Positions 37,045 to 46,992 of a DNA stretch of 64,000 nt are shown here, piece after piece. The notes beneath the pieces were generated by a model. The model ran no database searches, was not told the origin of the DNA, and saw only the letters and a list, made by a program, of their open reading frames with translations. This DNA is from Deltaproteobacteria bacterium GWA2_45_12 (GTDB lineage Bacteria > UBA10199): contig MGPH01000028.1 in the NCBI GenBank assembly GCA_001797365.1, positions 5,687-69,686 of the forward strand. The letters are read 5' to 3'. The position numbers and the translations under genes are program-made. Numbering within the stretch: position 1 is the first letter of the stretch; each line of letters begins with the position of its first letter.

Positions 37045-38004
37045 TTACTGACGTCGCAAGTTCTGCAATCTTCGTATGTTTTCCACGATACCCTGTGGAT
37101 TGAAGTCCCCTTGGCATACTTTGTTTGCACCTCTTTGCATGGTCTTACATATTTGGCCATTTTGGCAATCATTATTGGTTTGACAAGAGAGAAAAGAATA
37201 TCCGGGAATTGAGATCACCTTCCGTCTATTGCAAATATAGTTTACTTCGTAAGGTTTGCTTTCATGATTTTGGTTTTTCCCGTATTTTAAAGTGAGGCTT
37301 AAAGTGGTTGTGCCTGACTTACCGCAGCTGGCCTGGGGCATGCGTAAAAGAGGAACTGTGACGTGTTCTTTATCAAAAGTTTTTTCGGCCTTGGTTTTTT
37401 CTTTTTTTGTTTTCTTTGTTATTTTTGCAAAATCACATTTATCAATATCTTTTGCTGACCGGACGGCATCCTCATCAATTTTGGAACAAATGTTTTCATT
37501 ACATTCATCAACGCATGCGTCATAATCTTCATCGATAGAAGCATCTTCACATGCATCCATGCACCAGCCGTCACAATTCTCCCAATCACATTTTACCAAA
37601 TCATCATCTTCGTCATTGGCACCCACCAGCATGGCCGAATCGTATTTGAGGGCTTTGGCAAACACAGTTTTTTTGGACTTTTTGAGATCTTTACCTGCTT
37701 TGACATCTTTTACTTCATCAAGACTTAAATCCACACTTTCATCTATTTCAGCTTCATCACCATCAATATGAACGGTGCATCCATCTTCTATTTTACAATC
37801 ATCAGTGGTGACAACCGTTAAGCTGTCTCCTTCACGGACTTCCTCAACCATGCCTCCATTGCCATCCATGAGGCCTAAAATTTCAGGGCCACCACCGCCG
37901 TCGCCATGATTGTCATCGCTACAGGCCCCTAAGAAAACAAACGAGGTTATAATGATAAAACTTAAAAATGATTTTTTCATAGTCTTGACTCCTTTTTTAT
38001 CCAC
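37045..38004 (-). CDS. acidic Cys/Asp-rich lipoprotein
   Basis: Lipobox LGAC. Cys clusters DDC..CDWENCDGWCMDACED..CVDEC and a C-terminal CQTNNDCQNGQIC. Confidence 0.5.
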   Translation of the reverse strand: MDKKGVKTMKKSFLSFIIITSFVFLGACSDDNHGDGGGGPEILGLMDGNGGMVEEVREGDSLTVVTTDDCKIEDGCTVHIDGDEAEIDESVDLSLDEVKDVKAGKDLKKSKKTVFAKALKYDSAMLVGANDEDDDLVKCDWENCDGWCMDACEDASIDEDYDACVDECNENICSKIDEDAVRSAKDIDKCDFAKITKKTKKEKTKAEKTFDKEHVTVPLLRMPQASCGKSGTTTLSLTLKYGKNQNHESKPYEVNYICNRRKVISIPGYSFLSCQTNNDCQNGQICKTMQRGANKVCQGDFNPQGIVENIRRLQNLRRQ

Positions 38005-38187
38005 CGAGAATTAGTATAAGCAAAAAGGTTGCCAAGAAAGAATTTATTTAACCAATTGAAATTATTTAATATTATTGGTTCTAACGGAATAAGTATGCGG
38101 GAAACCTTCCCTCAAAGACTTGTTTTTAAAATGAGAATGGGGAGGGGAGACCTCGTAGGATTGCATAAATGACTGGATATAATTCCG

Positions 38188-38288
38188 GGACATGGTGAGC
38201 CCCGTCGAACCATGATTCGGCCCCACGCGGGTGATGGTTCGACCACCGCGTAGCGGGGTCCCGTGTGCGGGACAAGCTCACCATGTCC
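38188..38288. mobile_element. 101 bp MITE-like element with perfect 13 bp terminal inverted repeats (ggacatggtgagc / gctcaccatgtcc)
   Basis: Second copy at 62119-62237. Located downstream of dnaK. Confidence 0.7.
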
Positions 38289-38316
38289 TTTTTCTTTTCT
38301 CATACGAGGCAAGACA

Positions 38317-40230
38317 TTATTTACTTTCTTCAAACTCGGCATCGACGACATTGTCGTCTTTTTTGGGTTCTTCTTTTTTAGGCTCACCGGACCCTTCAGC
38401 ACCGGGAGCGGCTCCTTGGGCATTGGTTGTTTTGTACATGGCTTCCCCAATTTTAAAGGAGGCCTGTTGCAGTTCTTCCATGCTGCTCTTGATTTTGTCC
38501 GTATCGTTATCGCTGATGGCTTTTTTTACTTTTTCCAAAGCGTCTTCAATGGTTTTGACATCGGCGGCTGCCAGCTTGTCCTTGTGTTCTTTCAAGTTTT
38601 TTTCAACTTCAAACACAAGCCCGTCGGCACGGTTTTTGGTTTCAATTTCTTCACGTTTCTTTTTGTCGTCCGCTTCGTGTTCCTTGCCTTCCTTGACCAT
38701 CTTGTCAATTTCCTGTTCCGACAAACCGGAAGAAGCCGTGATGGTGATTTTTTGTTCCTTACCCGTGGCTTTGTCCTTTGCGGAAACATGGGCAATGCCG
38801 TTGGCATCAATATCAAAAGTGACTTCTACCTGGGGCATGCCACGAGGGGCCGGAAGAATACCATCCAAATGAAAGCGCCCAAGAGTACGATTATCGCGGG
38901 CCATTTCACGCTCCCCTTGCAACACATGAATCTCGACACTGGTTTGATTGTCTGCCGCTGTTGAAAATGTTTGTGACTTGCGTGTGGGAATGGTCGTATT
39001 CCGTTCGATGAGTTTTGTCATGACGCCTCCCAGTGTTTCAATACCCAGCGAGAGGGGGGTGACATCCAAAAGAAGCAGATCTTTCACTTCACCGGTAAGC
39101 ACACCTCCTTGAACGGCGGCCCCGGCAGCGACCACTTCATCGGGGTTAACCCCCATGTGAGGTTCCTTGCCGAAGAATTTTTTCACTTCGTCGCGAATGC
39201 GCGGCATGCGTGTTTGCCCGCCCACCATGACAATTTCAACAATATCCGAAGCTTTTTTGTTGGAATCGGCCAGACATTTTTTTACAGGTTCGAATGATTT
39301 TAAGATGAGCTCTTCGCACAGCGATTCAAGTTTGGCGCGGGTAAGCTTGATGTTTAAATGTTTAGGCCCACTGGCATCGGCAGTAAGAAAGGGCAGATTG
39401 ATTTCAGTTTCCAAGGCACTTGAAAGCTCAATTTTTGCTTTTTCAGCCGCCTCTTTCAAACGTTGAAGCACCATTTTGTCTTTGGAAACGTCCAGGCCCT
39501 GGTCCTTCTTGAATTCAGCAATAAGATAATCAATGATTTTTTGGTCGATATTATCCCCGCCCAAATGAGTGTCCCCATTGGTAGCGACCACTTCAACGAC
39601 GTTTTCCCCTACTTCAAGAATGGAAATATCAAAGGTACCGCCTCCAAAGTCATAGACAGCGATCAGTTCGTCTTTTTTCTTGTCCAACCCATAAGCAAGG
39701 GAAGCCGCGGTTGGTTCGTTGACAATGCGCAAAACATTCAGGCCGGCGATTTTTCCTGCATCTTTGGTGGCCTGGCGTTGGGCATCGTTAAAATAAGCGG
39801 GCACTGTAATGACGGCGTCATTGACCTTTTCGCCCAGATAATCTTCGGCGGCACTTTTCAGTTTTTGTAGAATTTTTGCGGAAATTTCAGGAGGAGAATA
39901 GCTTTTGCCACTAATATCGACCGAGACATCTCCATTGTCACGTTTGAGTACTTTGTAAGGAACAAGGGTAATTTCTCCGGGGACTTCCTCAAATTTTCGT
40001 CCCATAAATCGTTTGATGGAATAAACAGTATTTTCAGGATTTGTAATCGCTTGGCGTTTGGCTACCTGACCCACCAAAACTTCCCCATCTTTGGTAAAGG
40101 CCACAACAGAGGGTGTTGTACGGGCCCCTTCCTGATTGGGAATGATTTTTGGCTCACTGCCTTCCATCACTGCGACGCATGAGTTAGTGGTTCCAAGGTC
40201 AATTCCGATTACTTTTGCTTTCTTAGCCAT
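38317..40230 (-). CDS. dnaK: chaperone DnaK (Hsp70)
   Basis: [14 protein letters not shown] and DLGGGTFD signatures. Confidence 0.97.
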   Translation of the reverse strand: MAKKAKVIGIDLGTTNSCVAVMEGSEPKIIPNQEGARTTPSVVAFTKDGEVLVGQVAKRQAITNPENTVYSIKRFMGRKFEEVPGEITLVPYKVLKRDNGDVSVDISGKSYSPPEISAKILQKLKSAAEDYLGEKVNDAVITVPAYFNDAQRQATKDAGKIAGLNVLRIVNEPTAASLAYGLDKKKDELIAVYDFGGGTFDISILEVGENVVEVVATNGDTHLGGDNIDQKIIDYLIAEFKKDQGLDVSKDKMVLQRLKEAAEKAKIELSSALETEINLPFLTADASGPKHLNIKLTRAKLESLCEELILKSFEPVKKCLADSNKKASDIVEIVMVGGQTRMPRIRDEVKKFFGKEPHMGVNPDEVVAAGAAVQGGVLTGEVKDLLLLDVTPLSLGIETLGGVMTKLIERNTTIPTRKSQTFSTAADNQTSVEIHVLQGEREMARDNRTLGRFHLDGILPAPRGMPQVEVTFDIDANGIAHVSAKDKATGKEQKITITASSGLSEQEIDKMVKEGKEHEADDKKKREEIETKNRADGLVFEVEKNLKEHKDKLAAADVKTIEDALEKVKKAISDNDTDKIKSSMEELQQASFKIGEAMYKTTNAQGAAPGAEGSGEPKKEEPKKDDNVVDAEFEESK

Positions 40231-40422
40231 TGTTTTCTCCTGTTTGATGTTAAATTTGTGAATAATTCACAATATTTGATAAAGCTTCCATGCCCTCACA
40301 AACAAGCCCCATAGATAGGTAAAAACTTTCATCTGTCAACCCTTGGGATTAAAAAAACTTCAAGTTTTCAGGGAATTTACCTTGCATCCCGATTTTAGTC
40401 GTCCTAAGTAAGCCAACTCTTT

Positions 40423-42252
40423 ATGAAACAGATAAACGACAAAATTAGAAACATCGCCATTATTGCCCACGTTGACCATGGGAAAACGACTCTGGTGGAT
40501 CATCTTTTCCGTCAGGGAGGGCTTTATCGTGACAACCAAGCCGTTTCGGACCGTGTGATGGATAACCTTGATTTGGAACGCGAGCGGGGTATTACGATTG
40601 CCGCTAAAAATTGTTCGGTCAGTTACAATGGAATCAAGATAAATATTGTGGATACCCCGGGGCATGCTGACTTTGGAGGTGAGGTTGAACGCGCCCTGAT
40701 GATGGTCGATGGAGTCATTTTACTTGTCGATTCTGCCGAAGGTCCGCTTCCCCAAACCCGTTTTGTTCTTCAAAAAGCATTGAAGCTTAAATTAAAAACC
40801 ATGGTTGTGGTCAATAAAATTGACCGCAAGGATTCACGCCCCAAGGAAGTTTTGGATGAAATTTATCAACTCTATATTGATTTGGGTGCCACCGATGAAC
40901 AAATCGATTTTCCTTTTTTCTATGCCATTGGTCGCGACGGCATTGCCAAAAAAGCATTGGATGGAACCGAGACCGATCTGAAAGTTTTATTTGAAGCCAT
41001 TATCAATAAATTACCCCCTCCCAGTTATGACGATACAGAACCGTTTCAAATGTTGGTGTGTAATCTGGGATATTCAGACTATCTGGGGCGTTTGGCCATT
41101 GGCAAGGTTTTCCACGGCAAGGCCAAAAAGAACGACGCCCTTTTGTGTGTGGATGCAAACAATAAAATCAAACCACTTAAAGTTTCAAAACTTCAGCTTT
41201 ACCAGGGAATTCAATTTCAGGAAGTTGATAGGGTGGAAGCCGGCGACATTGTTATTTTGTCGGGTATTGATGAAGTGAAAATCGGGGACACCATTTGTAC
41301 CGTAGAGGCTCCCAAGGCATTGCCCCGTATTTTGGTGGATGAGCCCACCGTGGCCATGCGTTTTATGCCGAACACTTCACCCTTTTCCGGAAAAGAGGGC
41401 AAGTATGTCCAGTCGGCGCGTATTTGGGACCGCTTGAAAAAAGAAATTCTCTACAATGTGGCCATTCAGATTGAAATGGATGCAAACGGCGAAACCATGA
41501 TCGTCAAGGGTCGGGGCGAACTTCAATTGGCCGTGATTATTGAAACCATGCGCCGTGAAGGTTTTGAATTGTGCGTGGGGAAACCCCAGATCTTGTTCAA
41601 GGAAATCAATGGACAAAAATGCGAACCTATTGAAAATCTGGTCATCGATTGCGGCGATAGTTTTACGGGCATTGTCATTGAAAAGCTTGCTTTGCGCAAA
41701 GGGGTCATGAAAAATATGCAGCCTTTTGGGGAAGGGCGTGTGCGTCTTGAATTTTCAATCCCGTCGCGAGGGCTTATAGGCTATCGCGGCGAATTTTTAA
41801 CGGACACCAAAGGCACCGGCCTCATGAATGCTTATCTGGAAGGATATGAACCCCATCGTGGAGACATTGTTCACCGTATCAGTGGTTCGCTTATTTCAGA
41901 CAGGATGGGGGAAGCCATTCCCTATGGGCTTTTTCATTTGGAAGATCGCGGACGTTTTTTTATTACACCGGGGACGGCCGTTTATGAAGGCATGATTGTG
42001 GGTGAACATAATCGCGATAATGACCTGGAAATTAACGTCACTCGCACCAAAAAACTGACCAACATGCGTGCCGCCGGTAAGGACGAAAACGTTATTTTAA
42101 CCCCCGTTCTTCCGCCCACGCTGGAACAGGCCATCGAGTTTATCAAGGATGATGAGTGGGTTGAGGTAACTCCCCTTAATGTACGTTTGCGTAAAGCCAT
42201 TCTTAATAGTTCGGAACGAAAGATTGCTTCAAAGAAGATTGATTCATTGTAG
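40423..42252 (+). CDS. typA: translational GTPase TypA/BipA
   Basis: [13 protein letters not shown] and DTPGHADF G-domain motifs. Confidence 0.95.
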   Translation: MKQINDKIRNIAIIAHVDHGKTTLVDHLFRQGGLYRDNQAVSDRVMDNLDLERERGITIAAKNCSVSYNGIKINIVDTPGHADFGGEVERALMMVDGVILLVDSAEGPLPQTRFVLQKALKLKLKTMVVVNKIDRKDSRPKEVLDEIYQLYIDLGATDEQIDFPFFYAIGRDGIAKKALDGTETDLKVLFEAIINKLPPPSYDDTEPFQMLVCNLGYSDYLGRLAIGKVFHGKAKKNDALLCVDANNKIKPLKVSKLQLYQGIQFQEVDRVEAGDIVILSGIDEVKIGDTICTVEAPKALPRILVDEPTVAMRFMPNTSPFSGKEGKYVQSARIWDRLKKEILYNVAIQIEMDANGETMIVKGRGELQLAVIIETMRREGFELCVGKPQILFKEINGQKCEPIENLVIDCGDSFTGIVIEKLALRKGVMKNMQPFGEGRVRLEFSIPSRGLIGYRGEFLTDTKGTGLMNAYLEGYEPHRGDIVHRISGSLISDRMGEAIPYGLFHLEDRGRFFITPGTAVYEGMIVGEHNRDNDLEINVTRTKKLTNMRAAGKDENVILTPVLPPTLEQAIEFIKDDEWVEVTPLNVRLRKAILNSSERKIASKKIDSL

Positions 42253-42333
42253 GAGGCGTGAAGTATCCTTACGATACAAAAATCACTCAAACAATTGACA
42301 AAGATTCATAGAGCATTATTCTAGAAAAATTTT

Positions 42334-43446
42334 ATGAAACGCGATTACTACGAAGTCTTGCAGGTAAGTAAAACGACCACCGAAGCCGACATCAAAAAGG
42401 CCTACCGTAAACTGGCTTTTCAATATCATCCCGACAAAAATTCTGGCGACAAAAAAGCTGAAGAACTTTTCAAGGAAGCCTCCGAAGCTTATGAAGTGCT
42501 TTCCGATGCGAACAAAAGGAAGCTCTACGACCAGTTTGGGCACCGTGGGCTCCAAGGAAGCGGTTTTCATGGCTTCTCGGGTGTTGATGAGGTTTTTGAT
42601 TCCTTTGGTGATATTTTTGAGGATTTTTTTGGTTTTTCAGGAGGGCGCGGTCGTTCGCGCACCCGGGCCAGGCAAGGTTCAGATTTAAGTTATGAGCTCG
42701 AAATCGATTTCATGGAAGCCTGTAAAGGGGTTAAAAAAATCATTCAAGTTCATAAAAGTATCCCTTGTCCCGAATGTGAAGGATCAGGGGCTAAAAAGGG
42801 GAGTCAGCCCCATATCTGCCCCCAATGCCAGGGGCATGGTCAGGTCCGGCATAATCAGGGCTTTTTCACTATTAGTACAACATGCCCGGCTTGTCATGGG
42901 GTTGGTCACAAAATAAAGGAATTTTGTGATGAATGCCGGGGGCAGGGGGCCGTACGTACTTCCAAAAAAATTGATGTTTCCATTCCTGCAGGTGTTGAAA
43001 ACGGGATTCGTTTGATGATTCATGGCGAGGGGGAAGCCGGCCTGCATGGGGGCCCGGCGGGGGATTTGTATGTTCATCTTTTAGTGAAAGAACATGAGAA
43101 TTTTAAAAGGGAAGGGGAACATATTGTTACAGAGCTGGCCGTGAATATGGCTTTGGCGGCTTTAGGGGGAAAAATAAAGGTTCCTACCATCGATGGAGAA
43201 GAGGAAATTTCCATTCCCGAAGGAATTCAAAATGGGGAAACCATTGTTCTTAAAGGCAGGGGTGTCCCGCATCTTCGTTCCAAACATCACGGAGACCAAA
43301 TTATTGTTGTACACGTTGAAACTCCAAGAAATTTAAGCAAGGATCAAAAAGAATTACTTCAACGCTTGGAAGAAAGTTTTGATAAAAATGCCCCTATTCA
43401 TCACAACAATAAAAGAAGTTCCAAAAAGAAGAGTTTTTTTGGATAA
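42334..43446 (+). CDS. dnaJ: chaperone DnaJ
   Basis: J domain (HPD), G/F region, four CxxCxGxG repeats. Confidence 0.95.
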   Translation: MKRDYYEVLQVSKTTTEADIKKAYRKLAFQYHPDKNSGDKKAEELFKEASEAYEVLSDANKRKLYDQFGHRGLQGSGFHGFSGVDEVFDSFGDIFEDFFGFSGGRGRSRTRARQGSDLSYELEIDFMEACKGVKKIIQVHKSIPCPECEGSGAKKGSQPHICPQCQGHGQVRHNQGFFTISTTCPACHGVGHKIKEFCDECRGQGAVRTSKKIDVSIPAGVENGIRLMIHGEGEAGLHGGPAGDLYVHLLVKEHENFKREGEHIVTELAVNMALAALGGKIKVPTIDGEEEISIPEGIQNGETIVLKGRGVPHLRSKHHGDQIIVVHVETPRNLSKDQKELLQRLEESFDKNAPIHHNNKRSSKKKSFFG

Positions 43447-43470
43447 TGCAGCTCTTCAAAGGGAGGTTGC

Positions 43471-44451
43471 ATGAATTTAGATGAATTGTCGGTAGAAGTT
43501 AGGTCTTTCCATTCGCTTGTTTCCCAAGCTTTTAACGAAATCGAAAAAACCATTGTCGGCCAAAAAGATCTGGTGAGTAAACTTCTTTTGGGTTTATTGA
43601 CCGATGGGCATATTCTGGTTGAGGGGGTGCCGGGACTAGCCAAGACAACCACGGTCAAAACAATGGCCCGGGTTATTTCCGCTTCCTTTCAGCGCATTCA
43701 ATTTACTCCCGATCTATTGCCCGCCGATATTCTAGGAACCCAAATTTACAATCCAAAAACCCAGGAGTTTTATGTAAAGCGCGGCCCCTTGTTTCACAAT
43801 ATTATTCTTGCTGATGAAATCAATCGCGCCCCGGCCAAGGTGCAAAGCGCTCTTTTGGAGGCCATGCAAGAAAAACAGATCACCATTGGGGAGCAAACTT
43901 TTAAGTTGGAAGAGCCCTTTATTGTGCTGGCCACACAAAATCCCATTGAACAGGAAGGCACCTATCCCTTGCCTGAAGCCCAGGTGGACCGCTTCATGCT
44001 GAAGTTGAATGTAAGTTACCCTTCAAAAGCGGAAGAGTTTCAAATCATGGAACGTGTGGCCAATAAAATGAGTGCTGAACCCAGGGCTGTTTTAAGTACG
44101 CAAAAAATTCTGGAGATGCGCGAGGTCATTCGCAAAATTTATATCGATCCCAAGCTTAACGATTACATCATCCGCCTTGTTTTTGCCACGCGCCAACCCG
44201 AAGAGTACGGACTAAAGCTTGGCCCCTACATCCGTTATGGGGCTTCCCCGCGAGCCTCCATTAATCTGCACATGGCGGCCAAGGGTTTGGCTTTCCTTAA
44301 AGGGAGGGCTTACGTCATTCCCGAAGATGTAAAGACAATCGCCCACGATGTGATGCGCCATCGTATTTTACTCACCTTTGAGGCTGAAGCCGAAGGCCTT
44401 ACCAGTGACTCTTTATTGCAACAGATTTTGGACGGCGTTGAGGTGCCTTGA
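43471..44451 (+). CDS. MoxR-family AAA+ ATPase
   Basis: Walker A GVPGLAKT; Walker B ILADEINRA. Confidence 0.9.
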   Translation: MNLDELSVEVRSFHSLVSQAFNEIEKTIVGQKDLVSKLLLGLLTDGHILVEGVPGLAKTTTVKTMARVISASFQRIQFTPDLLPADILGTQIYNPKTQEFYVKRGPLFHNIILADEINRAPAKVQSALLEAMQEKQITIGEQTFKLEEPFIVLATQNPIEQEGTYPLPEAQVDRFMLKLNVSYPSKAEEFQIMERVANKMSAEPRAVLSTQKILEMREVIRKIYIDPKLNDYIIRLVFATRQPEEYGLKLGPYIRYGASPRASINLHMAAKGLAFLKGRAYVIPEDVKTIAHDVMRHRILLTFEAEAEGLTSDSLLQQILDGVEVP

Positions 44452-45329
44452 TGCTCTCACCAGAACTTCTCAAAAAAATCGAGAACATTGTGATTAAAAG
44501 CCGTTATTTGGCCAACGAAATGTTTTCGGGCGAATATAAAACGGCTTTCCGCGGCCGGGGCATGGAATTCGAAGAGGTCAGGGAATACATTCCCGGAGAT
44601 GATGTGCGCTTGATTGACTGGAATGTTTCAGCCCGCATGGATAAGCCCTTTATTAAAGTCCATCGGGAAGAAAGAGAGCAGGCTGTCATGTTGGTAGTTG
44701 ATTTATCACAAAGCCTTTATTTCGGATCAAAAAAAAGATTGAAAAGAGAAGCGGTTGCCGAATTAGCGGCTGTTCTTGCCCGTGCCGCCACCAACAGCAA
44801 TGACAAAGTGGGCCTCATTTTATTTTCCGACCGGGTTGAATATTATCTGCCCCCCCGCAAAGGAAAAAGCCATGTCTGGCAAGTAGTCAAGAGCATTCTG
44901 ACCCATAAACCCATCGGGCAAAAAACAAATCTTGAAGGCGCACTTCATTTTTTAAGCAGGGTGGTCCATCGGCGCTGTGTTTGTTTTGTTATTTCTGATT
45001 TTTTGACGGAAGGCTTTGAAAGCGTGCTTAAAGCGGTTTCGCGCAGATACGATGTTGTTAATTTCATCATGCGTGACCCTTTGGAATTAAATTGGCCCGG
45101 GAAATCATTTGTGAACCTGAAAAGTGCCGAAGAAGAGGGGGTTTCCTTGGGCCAAAACATGGGAGGCAAAAACATAAGGAAATTTAATGAGTATCAAAAA
45201 TTGAGTATCCAAAATCTTACAGCACAATTCCAGGGCATGAATATGGATGCCCTTTTTCTAAAAACAAATGAAGATTACATCGATACCCTGATACGATTTT
45301 TTCGTTTTAGAGATAAAAGGAGAAATTAA
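44448..45329 (+). CDS. DUF58 (vWA-like) protein, MoxR partner
   Basis: 4 nt overlap with MoxR; DUF58 architecture. Confidence 0.8.
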   Translation: MMLSPELLKKIENIVIKSRYLANEMFSGEYKTAFRGRGMEFEEVREYIPGDDVRLIDWNVSARMDKPFIKVHREEREQAVMLVVDLSQSLYFGSKKRLKREAVAELAAVLARAATNSNDKVGLILFSDRVEYYLPPRKGKSHVWQVVKSILTHKPIGQKTNLEGALHFLSRVVHRRCVCFVISDFLTEGFESVLKAVSRRYDVVNFIMRDPLELNWPGKSFVNLKSAEEEGVSLGQNMGGKNIRKFNEYQKLSIQNLTAQFQGMNMDALFLKTNEDYIDTLIRFFRFRDKRRN

Positions 45330-45351
45330 GCATACCTCGTGTACCCGTGTA

Positions 45352-45377
45352 AGGGCGGTTCACGAACCGCCCCTACA
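45352..45377. repeat. Family-1 element gggcggttcacgaaccgcccctaca
   Basis: Same element as inside lipB. Its 3' end abuts the ATG at 45377. Confidence 0.8.
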
Positions 45378-45991
45378 TGGGGCACTCGCCATTTATTATG
45401 GAAGACATCCCCCAATCATCTGAGAGCATGAAAGATATTCTGGATATCGAGAATATTGTCCTGTTTTTATGGCCAAAAGTGCTGCTCTTTGTATTTGGAA
45501 TTCTGGCTCTGCTTCTTTCTATTTTTTTAATCATAAAGATTTTTCAATTTTTAAAAAACCGCAAAAAAAAAATCCTCTCCCTTTCACCCTTGGAACAATC
45601 TTTAAAAAGACTTTCCAAAATTGGCATTAATTTGCTGATTAACTCCCCCCAACCCCCTCTTAAGCTAAGAGGGGGCAAGGGGGAGTTATGTCACTCTGTA
45701 TATTTTGAGCTGTCTGAAATTTTACGAGAATACCTTGATCGGGCTTATTCATTTCCTGCCATGGAAAAATCAACGAGCGAAATCAAAGAATTGTTTATAA
45801 CAAACAAGCCCATCGCGCTATCAAATGAAATCATTGGTGAGCTCGTTTCATTTTTCGAAAAGGCAGACCAAATAAAATTTGCAGGCCAACCCAGTGACAA
45901 TGAAGGTATTAAGGTGGATATGGAAAAAATTAAAAATATAATCATTTGTCTGGATGGCTTATTAAAAAAAGACATTTCCAAACATTCATGA
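45377..45991 (+). CDS. DUF4381-like membrane protein of the Bat operon (true start possibly 45398)
   Basis: N-terminal TM helix. Occupies the position between DUF58 and BatA. Contains an in-frame repeat at 45650-45683. Confidence 0.5.
   Translation: MGHSPFIMEDIPQSSESMKDILDIENIVLFLWPKVLLFVFGILALLLSIFLIIKIFQFLKNRKKKILSLSPLEQSLKRLSKIGINLLINSPQPPLKLRGGKGELCHSVYFELSEILREYLDRAYSFPAMEKSTSEIKELFITNKPIALSNEIIGELVSFFEKADQIKFAGQPSDNEGIKVDMEKIKNIIICLDGLLKKDISKHS
45650..45683. repeat. hairpin element aaccccctcttaagctaagagggggcaaggggg (inside coding frame)
   Basis: Intergenic copy at 54724-54757. Confidence 0.75.
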
Positions 45992-46992
45992 CCACATCTT
46001 TTTTTCAATTTGGCAGTCCCTATTTTTTATTCCTTCTTCTTTTATTGCCCCTTGTGTGGTGGTGGCAGGGTAAAAAAAAAGGTGTTTCCATTCGTTATTC
46101 CTCATTGAAACTTTTTTCTCCTATTACAGGCAAAGATTCGATTCGATTTCATTTTCCACGTTTTTTTTTCATGGTCGGGTTAGCCCTTTTGATTATTGCT
46201 TTGTCGCGACCCCAAGCCGGGTTTAAATCGACGGAAATAACAGCCGAAGGTATTGATATCATGCTCACCCTGGACACTTCCGGAAGCATGAAGGCCCTCG
46301 ATTTTGAAATAGAGGGCCAAAGAACAAACCGGATGGAGGTGATTAAGAAAGTCGTTGATGATTTCATTGCCCACCGAGTCAGCGATCGCATCGGGCTTGT
46401 CATTTTTGGGGATACTGCTTTTACACAATGCCCACTCACCCTTGATTATGACATCCTCCGTTCTTTTCTAAAATTTGTGCGTATAGGAATGGCAGGCGAG
46501 TCAACGGCCATTGGCAATGCCCTGGCCACAAGTGTTAAACGTTTAAAAGACAAACCGACAAAATCAAAAATCATTATTCTTCTTACTGATGGAAGCAGTA
46601 ATGCCGGAGAAGTGGCTCCCATCACAGCGGCCCAGATTGCCAAAGATTATGGAATCAAGGTTTACACAATTGGGGTGGGAAGTAATCTTGAAGTTCCCTT
46701 TCCCCAGGAAACGCCTTTTGGCACACGAATTATCCGTGCGCGCCTGGATATGGATGAGGCCAGCCTTAAAGAAATAGCAAACATTACCGGAGGGCGTTAT
46801 TTTAAGGCGACCGACACGTCCGAACTTCAAAAAATTTATGCCACAATCGACCAGTTGGAAAAGACGGAAGTAAATATGAAACAATTCAAAGAGGTCAACG
46901 AACTCTATTTCTGGTTTGTGGGCGCTGCTTTGTTATTGATGATGAGTGGTTTGCTTTTGGAAAACACCTTATTGATGAGGTTGCCCCTATGA
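45946..46992 (+). CDS. BatA-like vWA-domain membrane protein
   Basis: Two N-terminal TM helices. MIDAS motif LTLDTSGSM. Confidence 0.8.
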   Translation: MSGWLIKKRHFQTFMTTSFFQFGSPYFLFLLLLLPLVWWWQGKKKGVSIRYSSLKLFSPITGKDSIRFHFPRFFFMVGLALLIIALSRPQAGFKSTEITAEGIDIMLTLDTSGSMKALDFEIEGQRTNRMEVIKKVVDDFIAHRVSDRIGLVIFGDTAFTQCPLTLDYDILRSFLKFVRIGMAGESTAIGNALATSVKRLKDKPTKSKIIILLTDGSSNAGEVAPITAAQIAKDYGIKVYTIGVGSNLEVPFPQETPFGTRIIRARLDMDEASLKEIANITGGRYFKATDTSELQKIYATIDQLEKTEVNMKQFKEVNELYFWFVGAALLLMMSGLLLENTLLMRLPL

